Positions 50,316 through 63,409 of a DNA stretch of 64,000 bases are shown here, one piece after another. Each line of letters starts with the position of its first letter. Position 1 is the first letter of the stretch. The notes beneath the pieces are model-generated. The model did no database searches. It was not told the origin of the DNA and saw only the letters and a program-made list of their open reading frames with translations. The position numbers were made by a program, and so were the translations under genes. The stretch covers positions 2,016,001 to 2,080,000 of the forward strand of contig CM000153.2 in the NCBI GenBank assembly GCA_000004695.1. The letters are read 5' to 3'. Origin of the DNA: Dictyostelium discoideum (Eukaryota).

Positions 50316-51704
50316 ATGAATTTAAATAAAACATTATTTAAAAGAGTTTATGCATTATGTTTTTCACTCTTAATGATAATAGTTTCATATAATAATTTTT
50401 ATAATAATTTCCTTGGTAATCCAGGTGTTTATTTCTATCATAAAGATATTGAAAGAGCAACTTATGGGAACTATTATAATAATGACGCAAAATATCATAA
50501 CAATTCCAATAAATTTAATGTGGATAATGATGATCCATACAAACATACAAATATTGAAGGTGAAGGAGTTATAACTCGAGATGCTATTAAAGAATTAAAC
50601 ATTTCAAATGATCAATATTTTTATTTTAAATATATTGGAAGAGTTGATACGAGAAAATTAGATCGTGATACAATTATTAGATGTAAAGGATTAGATGATA
50701 AATTTTACTACATAGTAAGGAAACCATATTACCCAAACCAAAAACTTGATATGGAGATATGGAGTGATTATATCGTTGATTTTGAAGCACCAAAAAAGAA
50801 GCTATCATCTAGAAATGTGCCAAGAACATTGATATCGATGGAACCTCAACCCAATAGAACTTGTGAATTTGATAAGGACTGTTTTGAATTTTTCAATTTT
50901 AAAGTTTCATTCGAATCTCAATCTGATATAAGAATGGGATTTGATACACCATCATCAAGTGCATACAAATTGTATAATAAATTAACAATTGATGAAATTG
51001 CTAAAATTCAAACTCAATTCAAATTGGAATATCAAGTAATGAAACACAACAATACTTTACAACCTCACCAGAAATCGATACCATTGGCCAATTGGTTTTG
51101 TACAAATTGTAATTCTCATTCGAATCGTAATGAATATGTTCAGGAATTAATGAAATTCATTGTGGTGGATTCTTTTGGTAAATGTTTGAAAAACATGCCA
51201 ACTTCTAATTTCCTAAGTAGAGGTTCTGGTGACCCATTCGAAAGAAAGAGACTATTTATAACTAGATATAAATTTACAATTGTTTTTGAAAATTCAATTT
51301 GTAAAGATTATGTATCTGAAAAGGTATTGGATGCATTAATTGCTGGATCCGTACCAATATTTATGGGTCATCCAAGTACTATCAAATATTTACCACTCAA
51401 TTCTTATATATTTGTTGGTGATTTTAAAAATGCTGAACATTTAGCAAATCATTTGAAATTTTTAAGTGAAAATGATAATGAATATTTTAAACTTCATACA
51501 TGGAGAACAAATCAAACTGTAATCGATCAATGGAAAGGTGTAAATAATTATCCAAATAAACCTGGTTTTAGATTCCGTGAAGTTCAATGTCCAATTCTAA
51601 GACATTATCAACGTTTAAAAACTGGTAAAATACCATTAAAAAAATTAAAATATAAACCAATGAATCAAGTTTGTTTACCTTCAAACTATTATAAAATTAA
51701 ATAA
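50316..51704 (+). CDS. GT10-family alpha-1,3-fucosyltransferase-like type II membrane protein (paralogue 3 of 3)
   Basis: 462-aa ORF; signal-anchor VYALCFSLLMIIVSYNNF. ..RYKFTIVFENSICKDYVSEKVLDALIAGSVPIFMGHPSTIKYLP..FVGDFKNAEHLANHLKFLSENDNEYFKLHTWR. Confidence 0.75.
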   Translation: MNLNKTLFKRVYALCFSLLMIIVSYNNFYNNFLGNPGVYFYHKDIERATYGNYYNNDAKYHNNSNKFNVDNDDPYKHTNIEGEGVITRDAIKELNISNDQYFYFKYIGRVDTRKLDRDTIIRCKGLDDKFYYIVRKPYYPNQKLDMEIWSDYIVDFEAPKKKLSSRNVPRTLISMEPQPNRTCEFDKDCFEFFNFKVSFESQSDIRMGFDTPSSSAYKLYNKLTIDEIAKIQTQFKLEYQVMKHNNTLQPHQKSIPLANWFCTNCNSHSNRNEYVQELMKFIVVDSFGKCLKNMPTSNFLSRGSGDPFERKRLFITRYKFTIVFENSICKDYVSEKVLDALIAGSVPIFMGHPSTIKYLPLNSYIFVGDFKNAEHLANHLKFLSENDNEYFKLHTWRTNQTVIDQWKGVNNYPNKPGFRFREVQCPILRHYQRLKTGKIPLKKLKYKPMNQVCLPSNYYKIK

Positions 51705-51734
51705 AATATATAAATATATTTTTTGTATAAATTT

Positions 51735-51789
<55 letters not shown>

Positions 51790-52242
51790 TTATTTAATTA
51801 ATTAATTTTTTTTTTTTTTAATTTTTTATTTTATTAATTTTCAAAAATATTTTTAAAATCATTAAAAAATGTTTTAATCACAAATTTTCAAATTAGTTAT
51901 AAATAAAAAATTAACACATTCTTAAGAATTTTTGTTTTTTTTTTTTTTTAAATAAACTGTTTAATTTTTATTTTTTTTAAAAATTAAAGGTAAATTAGTG
52001 GACAAAATAAAAAATTTAAATTAAATTATTACCCTTTTTTTTTTATTTTTATTATTAGTATTTTTAATTTTTAATGATTACATTCATTTTTTTTTACATT
52101 TCGAATGATTTTGTATATTGCAATATACTAAACCCATATTAAAAATAAATAAAATTAAATCATTTAAAATAATAAAATTAAAAATAATAAAAATAAATTA
52201 TTTTTTAACTTTCAAGTCTGACAATATTTCAACAATTACAAC

Positions 52243-52279
<37 letters not shown>

Positions 52280-52356
52280 AAAATTTGAAAATTGAAAAAT
52301 TTTTTTTCATTTACTTTTAATTTGATATGTACATTTAAAAAATAAAAAAAAAAACA

Positions 52357-54234
52357 ATGGATACGACATTAACTGAAACTATCCAAAATAACAATAATAT
52401 TAATAAATCAATAAATAATAAAAAAAAATTAAAACATCAAAAGAAAAAAGAACAAAAAAAGAAACAAAAACAACAAAAAAAAGAAGAGAATATATTTCAA
52501 CAAACTAATAATAATAATATAAAAGAAGAAATAAAACTTGAAAATAATGATGAAAATAATGATGAAAATAATAATAATAATGATGATGATAAAATAACAG
52601 CACCAATTGATGGATTTTCAATTGATGAGAATGATCCATCATTTGAATTATTTTCGAAATTAGTTAAACATTTTGATAACCCATATGAAGATCCAAAAGA
52701 GATTGAGAGAAAAGAACAAGAAGAACAAGAAGAAAAAGAAAGAAAAGAAAGAGAGGAAGAAGAAGAAAGAAAGAAAAAAGAAGATAATGAAGACGATGAT
52801 GATGATAATAACGATGATGATGATAATAATAATGATAATGAAGACGAGGATTCAAAGAAATTATCAAATAAAGAGAGAAAAAGACAAAGAAAATTACATT
52901 TACCAATTTTAAAACAGTTAGTTGATAGACCTGATGTTGTAGAGTTACATGATGTAAATTCACCAAATCCTGGCTATTTGATCGCAATGAAGTCCTATAG
53001 AAATACAATACCTGTGCCAGCACATTGGTGTCAAAAAAAGAAATACCTTCAAGGTAAGAGAGGTTTCGTTAAACCACCATTCGAATTACCATCATTCATC
53101 GCAGCGACAGGTATCACTAAGATTAGGGAGGCAATATTGGAGAAAGAGAAAGAGATGAAATCAAAACAAAAACAACGTGAAAGAGTTCAACCAAAAATTA
53201 GAAAGATGGGTATAGATTATGAAGTTTTACGTGACGCTTTCTTTGTTCATCAAACTAAACCAAATCTATCCATTCAAGGTGACCTCTACTATGAAGGTAA
53301 GGAATTCGAGGTTAACCTAAAGAACAAGAAGCCTGGTGTTTTATCCGACGAATTAAAGCGTGCACTTGGCATGATTGAGGGTTACCCACCACCATGGTTG
53401 ATTTATATGCAAACTTATGGTCCACCACCATCTTATCCAAATTTGAAAATACCCGGTGTTAACTCACCAATTCCAGAGGGTGCTCAGTATGGTTTTCATC
53501 CTGGTGGTTGGGGTAGACCAGTTTTAAATGAATTTGGTAAACCACTTTATGAAAATGTAAATAATAATAATAATAATATAAATAATAACGGAGATCAACA
53601 ACAGCAGCAACAACAATCACATCCAACTAGAGAATATTGGGGTGAATTATTACCAGAATCTGAAGATTTTCAAGAAGAAGAGGAACAACAAGAACAACAA
53701 GGTACTGAAGAAGATGAATTACAACAACACCAACTTGAAGATGATGAATCGATTGGTGATGGTATTTCAAGTGTACCAAGTGGTTTGGAAACTCCTGATA
53801 TTGTTAATATTAAAAAATCAAGATATGACCAACAACAACAGCAACAACAGCAACAACCAAGAGAATTATATCAAGTTATTGAACAACAAAATAAAAACTC
53901 ATCTTCTGGTGGTTTAATGGAATCAGCTCATCGTTATAATATACCATCAGTAATTAAACAACAACAGCAACAACAACAACAACAAAATTCATCTAGAGTA
54001 GATGTAATTAAATCTCAACGTTCTGCACCTGTAGAAATTACATTAAATCCATCAGAGGTTGAAAATGGTCAAGAAATTGATGAAGAACTTTTGAAAAAGA
54101 AATATGAACAAGCAACACAAGCATTACAGAAACAAAGACCAAAAGAAGACATTAGTGACATCATCGAAGAACAAAATAAAAAAAGAAAAAATCAATTACA
54201 AAAAGAAGAAAAACAAAAGAAATTCAAATTTTAA
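52357..54234 (+). CDS. sf3b2: Splicing factor 3B subunit 2 (SF3B2/SAP145/Cus1) homologue: basic/acidic low-complexity N-terminus, DUF382 and PSP (proline-rich) domains
   Basis: ..YLIAMKSYRNTIPVPAHWCQKKKYLQGKRGFVKPPFELPSFIAATGI.. and GVLSDELKRALGMIEGYPPPWLIYMQTYGPPPSYPNLKIPGVNSPIPEGAQYGFHPGGWGRP are the conserved SF3B2 blocks. Single 625-aa ORF. Confidence 0.8.
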   Translation: MDTTLTETIQNNNNINKSINNKKKLKHQKKKEQKKKQKQQKKEENIFQQTNNNNIKEEIKLENNDENNDENNNNNDDDKITAPIDGFSIDENDPSFELFSKLVKHFDNPYEDPKEIERKEQEEQEEKERKEREEEEERKKKEDNEDDDDDNNDDDDNNNDNEDEDSKKLSNKERKRQRKLHLPILKQLVDRPDVVELHDVNSPNPGYLIAMKSYRNTIPVPAHWCQKKKYLQGKRGFVKPPFELPSFIAATGITKIREAILEKEKEMKSKQKQRERVQPKIRKMGIDYEVLRDAFFVHQTKPNLSIQGDLYYEGKEFEVNLKNKKPGVLSDELKRALGMIEGYPPPWLIYMQTYGPPPSYPNLKIPGVNSPIPEGAQYGFHPGGWGRPVLNEFGKPLYENVNNNNNNINNNGDQQQQQQQSHPTREYWGELLPESEDFQEEEEQQEQQGTEEDELQQHQLEDDESIGDGISSVPSGLETPDIVNIKKSRYDQQQQQQQQQPRELYQVIEQQNKNSSSGGLMESAHRYNIPSVIKQQQQQQQQQNSSRVDVIKSQRSAPVEITLNPSEVENGQEIDEELLKKKYEQATQALQKQRPKEDISDIIEEQNKKRKNQLQKEEKQKKFKF

Positions 54235-54280
54235 AAATTATCAAAACGTTTTGAATAATATCAAATAATAAATTTTTTAT

Positions 54281-55515
<1,235 letters not shown>

Positions 55516-55612
55516 TAACCTTTTTTTTTATTATTTTATTATTTGTATCTTTTATAATTAATAAAAAAAAAAAAAAAAAAAAAAAATGAAAAAATAAAAA
55601 CAAAAACAAAAC

Positions 55613-55646
<34 letters not shown>

Positions 55647-55985
55647 TTTTAAACAAAATAACTAATTTCTTTGAAATTATTTTCTTATTTCTTAAATCGT
55701 GCCATTGACACAACCTTTAAAAAATAAAAACAAAACTTTTTTTTTTGAAATAATTTAACTTTATATAATAATGAAAACGCTTCGCTAAACTAAATTAACT
55801 ATTGTCTATTTTTTTTTTTTTTTTTTTATTATTATTTTTTTTTTTTTTTTAATATAAGATTTTAAAGATATTATTAAAATCATCTAAAATTATTTTATTT
55901 CCAAAAAAAAAAAGTTTTCACACACCTTGAGGTTTTTTTAAAAAAAAAAATCAAAATTATTATTATATTATATTATTTAAATTGT

Positions 55986-56320
<335 letters not shown>

Positions 56321-56790
56321 CTGGATTATTTAAATAAAAATTATTGTTATTATTATTATTATTCATACATTCTACTCAAATCCGATATTGATAGATAAAA
56401 AAACCAGTACATACTATTTATTTATTGTGTGCTTTTTATATTTAGAGAATGAGAAAAAAAAAAAAAAAAATTTTAATCGAAAAAATAAAAATAAAAAAAA
56501 AATAAAAAATAAAAAAAATTGAAAATAAAAAATAAAAATAAAAAAAAAAAATGTTTTGTTTTTTTGATTTGTTAAAAAGAAAATTTTCTTTATTTTAAAA
56601 TAACTAGTTGTAATAGTATTTAAATTTTTACAATTGTTTTTTTTTTTTTTCCAAATAAGATTTAAAATATTAAAATATTAAAAGATTAAAAGATTAAAAG
56701 ATTAAAAGATTGATTGATAGTTTTTTTTGAATTAAAATAAATATAAATATATATGTGTATTAAATATAGTCGCCCAATTTGAGATCAAAT

Positions 56791-56975
<185 letters not shown>

Positions 56976-58059
56976 CCATTAAAAACACTAGAGAGAGACT
57001 AATTTAAGACACCCTGTGATGAGAAAAATATGATAGCCGCGAGAAAGAATTAAAATTTGAATTTATAAGTTGGTATTACAGAATTAAAAAAATAAAGGTT
57101 GATTTTTCACTTTTTTTTTAGTCCCTTAACACTAATTTCTAAAAATAGAAAAAAAAAAAAAATGTTAGAAATTTATAAATAAAAATAAAGCTATATTAAT
57201 AATTAAAAAAACTTACACCTTCTCTTTTAATGGAATTTCTATTACTATTTTTAAAAGAAGTTCTTTTTTTATTTCCCAATGGCTTTGAGGTTGGGAGAGT
57301 AATTAATAAAAATGGTAAAACATCCCACATTATGTTGATTTTATTATTATTATTATTATTATTTATAAAAATTAAAAATGTAGTTTTTAAAAAATACTAT
57401 TATTATTATTTTGAAGTGATTAAAATAATTTTTTTTTTTTTTATGATTTAATAAAAAATATTTAAATAATTTAAATAAATAAATAAAAATTTATGAAAAA
57501 AAAAAAATAAAGAAATTTAATTATAATTATTATTATTATTAATATTAATTATTATTATAATAAAAAATTGATTGTAGTAATATGAAAGTAGTAAACCGAT
57601 GAATGAAAATTAATTGAATATCGTTTTTTTATTATTTAATTGAAATAATAGTTTATTTTAATTTAATAAAAATATTAAAATTTATATATATAGTTAATTT
57701 TAATTATTTTAAAAAAATGGTTATTGTTATTTAGAAAAATATAAAATAATTTTATTTTGTTTTGATTAATTTTTTTTTTATTTAAGAAATTATTGAAAAT
57801 ATAATTTTTTAAATATTATATATTAAAATAATAATTAATATTTGGTATATATTTGATGATGTTGATGATGACGATTATTAATAATTAAATTCAAAAAATT
57901 ATCAATTAAATAATAATTATTAATTTAATAATTTTTTTTTTTTTTCTTTTTTTTTTTTTTTATAATGATTTAAAATATTATTATTATTATTATTATATTT
58001 TTGTTTTCTTATTAAATTTTTTAATAATTATTATTAGTATAAAAAATATCTAATATAAT

Positions 58060-58222
58060 TGTATTTATATGGTGGGGTCTGTGGTGAGTTTGTGTGTATT
58101 TTGAATTAAAAAACAAAAAAAGTTTTTGATTGAACCAAATAAAGATAATTTATAAATTAAAAAACTAAGAGGCACAAAAAAAAAACAATGATTATAAATA
58201 ATATTAATAAATAATTTTAAAA

Positions 58223-58274
<52 letters not shown>

Positions 58275-58950
58275 ATATATATATTTGTTAATGTTTTGTT
58301 TTATGATAAATGATTTATTTTTTTTTTTTTTTTTTCTTTTGATTGATTTAAATAGAAAAAAAAAATTAATATTAATAAGGGATTGTGTGTATGGTTAGTA
58401 TTAATTAAAAAAAAAAAATATATGAAAAAAAAATTAATGCGTGATATTGGTAATGAAAATCAATATGGTGTGAAGGAGAGAGAGAGAGTATGTGTTTGTG
58501 TTTGTGTGTGTGGTTAGAGTGAGAGAGTTTGGGTGTTATTTGTGGAGTTAATGGGTTATTTATAGCCTATGATATTTTTGTCAACTCACACAACAACCCA
58601 AAAAAATAAAAAATTAAAAAATAAACCACATGACTAAAAATTCATTTAAGATTGTGTGTGATTACAAATTTTTGATTTTAGTTGGTTAAAAAAAAAAAAT
58701 TAAAAAAAAAAAAAAAAAAAAAAAACAATTATAATTACAAAGTCAAAATGTATATTTTAAAATAATATATTAAAATATAAATATTTAAGATTAGAAAGTG
58801 GGTTTGGTGTCTTTTTAGGTTTGGGGTGCTATGTATATTAATTTTTTTTTTTTAAAAAAAAAAAATTTATCGTGCTCTATGTATGTTTTTTAACTTAATA
58901 ACTGTATTTTAGTGTCTTTGTGTCTGCCCAAACTGGATTTTGTGTTAAAT
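58060..58950. promoter_or_regulatory. Cluster of G/T-rich islands (GGTGGGGTCTGTGGTGAGTTTGTGTGT; GTGTTTGTGTTTGTGTGTGTGG with (GA)7; GGGTTTGGTGTC..GGTTTGGGGTG; GTGTCTTTGTGTCTGCCC) inside a 3.4-kb gene-free AT-rich tract
   Basis: GT-rich islands stand out against >85% AT surroundings. Resembles G-box elements (established GBF targets) or could be exons of an unrecognised transcript. No ORF support. Confidence 0.25.
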
Positions 58951-59050
58951 TTTTTTTATTTTTTTTTTTAAAAAAAAAAATAATCAAAAAAAAAAATTAA
59001 AAAAAAAAACAAATAAATTACACATCTAAAATACTATTAAAGAATTAATA

Positions 59051-59081
<31 letters not shown>

Positions 59082-59161
59082 GTTTTATCATTTTTAACCG
59101 TTAAATCAAACTATTATTTTTTTATTGATTTGTATATACAGGTTTTATTATTATAATGATT

Positions 59162-59199
<38 letters not shown>

Positions 59200-59228
59200 T
59201 TGAATGGAATTAAAAAGAATTTACTTTA

Positions 59229-59260
<32 letters not shown>

Positions 59261-59517
59261 TGATTAACAAAAAATTGTATAATCTGGTCTTTTTCAGATA
59301 TTTTAGAACCAAAAACAGAGATATTGGGTGATTGATATGTGGTGGGAGAGTACTTGTTTATTAATAAAAAACAAGCATAACCCCAACTACCCACACTACT
59401 ACTACTACAAATAACCACTTTGTTTATTTTACTGTATACTATTAGTTTCACAGGATATTTCTTAATTATATATGATTATTAATCTGCATCTGATTTATTT
59501 CTTTTTTTACTATACTA

Positions 59518-59548
<31 letters not shown>

Positions 59549-59740
59549 CTGCATCTTTTTTTAAATCAAGATTCTACTACTTGTTTTTTTTTTTTTTTTA
59601 TTTTTTTTTTCTTTGTGATTATTGACGATTTCTAAAAATAGTTTTTTACAACGATTAAAAGTTATTATTGATTTTTCTTTGTGATTTGATTTTTATTAAT
59701 TAATAAACCGAAATGAATGATTAATTAATTAATTATTTAC

Positions 59741-59945
59741 CTATCAAAATTATAATCAATCTTGATTTTTTTTTTTATGTGAATTTAATTTAAATTTTGT
59801 TTTTCAAACATTTTTTGCTTTTCTTTTAAAAATAAACCAATAATTAGCCAATCGACTAACGTTTAAAAATATTTTTATTTTTATTTTTATTTTTATAATA
59901 ATAAAAAAGGAGTTTTGTTTTTAAATTTTTTATTATTTATATTTC

Positions 59946-59978
<33 letters not shown>

Positions 59979-60476
59979 ATATAAAATAAAATAAATAAAA
60001 TAAAAATTACCTGACTTAAAAATGTAAAGAATTGTGTTTATTGTCCAAATTAAAAAAGTGATATTTTTTTTTTATTAAAATTATTTTCTTTTTATTTTTA
60101 AAATAAAGATACAATTAATTTAAAACAAAAAGAGGAAGAAATTGGGAAGGGTTCAAGATTTTCATAAAAATTTTAAAATAAAATAAATATTAAAATTTTT
60201 TTTTTATTTTTTTTTGAATCTGACAATTGGTAACAACTTTTTTTATATTTTTTTTTATTTTTTTTTATTTTTTTTTATATATTATTTGATTCACAGTTAA
60301 AGCTTCTTTTTTTTTTTATTTTTTTTTTTTTTTCTTTTTGTGTACTATCAAAGTTGATTGGGTTTTTTAACCAATCACAACGTGATGGTAGTGGCAATAT
60401 AAAACAAATTTTTTTTTTTTAGTTTAATAATTTAACACTTTATAAAAAAAAAAAAAAAAATCATCACATACTTTTA
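59741..60476. repeat. Copy A of a ~750-bp direct repeat (about 95% identical to 62800..63668). Carries CCAAT (AACCAATCAC), TATAAAAC and an oligo-T run near its 3' end; its first ~50 bp (59741..59790) are inverted relative to copy B
   Basis: Long co-linear identity read directly, e.g. CCAATAATTAGCCAATCGACTAACGTTTAAAAATATTTTTATTTTTATTTTTATTTTTATAATAATAAAAAAGGAG.., ..AAAGAGGAAGAAATTGGGAAGGGTTCAAGATTTTCAT.., ..GTGTACTATCAAAGTTGATTGGGTTTTTTAACCAATCACAACGTGATGGTAGTGGCAATATAAAACAA. Confidence 0.85.
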
Positions 60477-61505
60477 TGAGAAAAAAAAAAAGATACATAA
60501 AATTTAAAATGAGTAATAAAATAGCAAACCAGAAAAGTTTGATGAATATTGGCAATGTTTTCACTTAAAAATGGTACAAAAAAAGAATGGAAGAGGTGAA
60601 GGTAATGTTTATTTTGGTTTAAAATTGTATAGTTGCAATAAATGTGACATAAAGAGATGTGTATACCGCCATCTCCACCTGAACACACTTTCAATTCAAC
60701 AGTATTATTCATAAGATACTATATAGAGAAAAGATTAATCTCAAATCACATAATAATCAATAATAATAATAACTAATAATAATGACCAATAATAATAATA
60801 ATAATAATAACTAATAAACTACATTAAAGTTTAAACAAGTTAATTCAAACTATGTAATCAGTTTTATTTTATAGAATTATTATTCTTCATCTAAATTTAA
60901 TTTAATTCTGTCATTGATTTCAATTGATAAATAAAATTTTAACATATCACACCAAGTGTTTTTTTTATTTTTTTTTTTTTTATTTTAATAATGCCAATAT
61001 TATTTTATTCTTATACTTGGCAACCTTCTCAAAGAACGCCAATCCCAAGTTCATCAACTGGTTAAGAAAGGTATCTGATCTTTGCATACCAATCGGTGGA
61101 ACCATTATACGTTTTGCATTTAGTAATATACTTTGGTATGGAATGAAAAACTTTTATAAAAAGCATGGTTTTTAAAAAAAAAAAAAATCTTTTTTTTACA
61201 AAAAAAAAAAAAAAAATGAAAAAACGAAAAAATGGTTTTAGCTCGCATTTTTAAAATATCATGATTTTTTTTTTTCTTCCATTTATTCTTTATGTTTTTT
61301 TCCCTCGTGGATTTATCTTCGATCGAACCGTCACATCTCTTTTATTTATAATAAAAATAACAAAAATTATTTTACCATCATTTGTCATTTTAAAAATAAA
61401 TATAAATAAACATAAACATTAAACAAACAACAACAATAACAATAACAACAACAACATAATATAATCAATATAATTTTAATATATATATATAGATAATAAA
61501 TAAAT

Positions 61506-62422
61506 ATGAAGATAATAAATAGTTTTCTTATTACATTAATTTTTGTTCAATTAATTTTACAAATTAATGGTATAAATGAAAGTTTATTTAATCAAAACAG
61601 ACAAGTTAGAAAATCAAATTTAGAAGATGATATACCATTATACTTTTCAGTATTACCTTTTGCAAGAGGTAATTTTTAATCAACATTATATATTTATAGA
61701 ATACACAATTTTTTTTACATCAATATTAACATCATCATCATCATCATATTAAATATATATAATTATTTATTTTTTTACATATTATAGGTAATTATTCATG
61801 CTCATTTGGTGGTATTTATGGAATTGGATTCCTTGGTTTAATAAATCAATGTGTCAATGATCCATATAATCCAGATTATAATTATTACATTTTCTTACAA
61901 GAGCAAGGTTCAGATAATGAACAAATTGTGTATCAATTACATAATAAAACCGATACCGATTGTACTGGTGAACCACCATTTTCAAATTATCATTTCATAA
62001 ATAGAGAGGGAACATGTGATGCCGCCCCTAACTTTATCGGTTTAGAGGATCAAATTGTAGATTTATACAACGAAAATAATGGTCAAAGATATCTCTATGA
62101 TGAACCTGCCTTTATAACTGTTTCCGATATGCCATATTCTGCTCATAACTCTGTATTCTTTGCTCTTTATAATCAAAGTTTTTGTAGTTCTGAAGCTCAA
62201 TATCCACACTATGCAAAAGTTTTTTCAATTGGTTTACAAATGTTAACTCAAGAAGGTGTCACCTATTTCTATTCATGTGATCCACATACTTATCTTCCAC
62301 AAATTACACTCTGTAAAAGTAAGGATAATTGTGAAACTAAAGCTTTAGATAATAGTTGTTCACTTGTAGATGGTACAGAAGATGTTTATCAACAAATCTT
62401 CTGTTCCCCAAGTTTTCAATAA
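61506..62422 (+). CDS. Secreted Cys-rich protein of unknown function. Exon 1 61506..61668 (signal peptide MKIINSFLITLIFVQLILQING), intron 61669..61786 (GTAATT..TTATAG), exon 2 61787..62422. The reading frame changes by 1 nt between ~61844 and ~61940 (frameshift or unconventional splice)
   Basis: Exon 1 and the start of exon 2 (GNYSCSFGGIYGIGFLGLINQCVNDPYNPDYNYYIFLQEQGSDNE) are in one frame. The long conserved-looking C-terminal ORF (..VYQLHNKTDTDCTGEPPFSNYHFINREGTCDAAPNFIGLEDQIVDLYNENNGQRYLYDEPAFITVSDMPYS..CSPSFQ*) is in the +1 frame. Each frame hits a stop outside the ~100-nt overlap. Confidence 0.45.
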
Positions 62423-62471
62423 ATAAATTAAATTTTTGAAATCACTATAAATTATATATTATTATCATTTC

Positions 62472-62508
<37 letters not shown>

Positions 62509-62799
62509 ATTGTTGATTCATTATCATTATAACTACTATCTTATGATTGAGTATTTATCTATTTCATTCTCTAATTGTTGTTGCCTATCAATTTATTATT
62601 AGTTAAAATGCTGTATGACGAAGATGATAATAATAGAGATAAAAAAAAAACTTTTGTAATAAATTTTCAAAAAAACTTAAATGAATGAGTTATGGGGTTA
62701 AAGACATTTTAATAAACAACATTACAACACACATTAAAATAATGAATAATTCATTAAAGATAATATCTTTATTTTTCATTATCTATTTATCTATTGATA

Positions 62800-63294
62800 A
62801 ATTCACATAAAAAAGAAAATCAAGATTGATTATAATTTTGATAGGTAAATAATTATTTAATAATAAATAAATTTTGTTTTTCAAACTTTTTTTGCTTTTC
62901 TTTTAAAAATAAACCAATAATTAGCCAATCGACTAACGTTTAAAAATATTTTTATTTTTATTTTTATTTTTATAATAATAAAAAAGGAGTATTGTTTTAA
63001 AATTTTTTATTATTTAAATTTCCAAAAAAAAAAAAAAAAAAAAAAAATAAAAATAAAATAATATAAAATAAATAAAACAAAAAATTACTTGACATAAAAA
63101 TGTAAAAAATTGTGTTTATTGTCCAAATAAATAACAAACAAAAAAAAAAAATAAAAGTGATATTTTTGTTTTTATTAAAATTATTTTCTTTTTATTTTTA
63201 AAATAAAGATACAATTAATTTAAAACAAAAAAGAGGAAGAAATTGGGAAGGGTTCAAGATTTTCATTAAAAAATTAAAAATAAAATAAATATTG

Positions 63295-63325
<31 letters not shown>

Positions 63326-63335
63326 AAAAAAATTT

Positions 63336-63409
<74 letters not shown>

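Noticed and set aside
59221-59451. 76-aa minus-strand ORF ending in [10 protein letters not shown]
   Set aside because: Runs into a homopolymer tract; no coding composition signal.
60464-60712. 82-aa minus-strand ORF overlapping the small plus-strand ORF downstream of repeat A
   Set aside because: Starts inside the promoter-like repeat, is Phe/His-rich with low complexity, and lies antisense to a better-formed small ORF.
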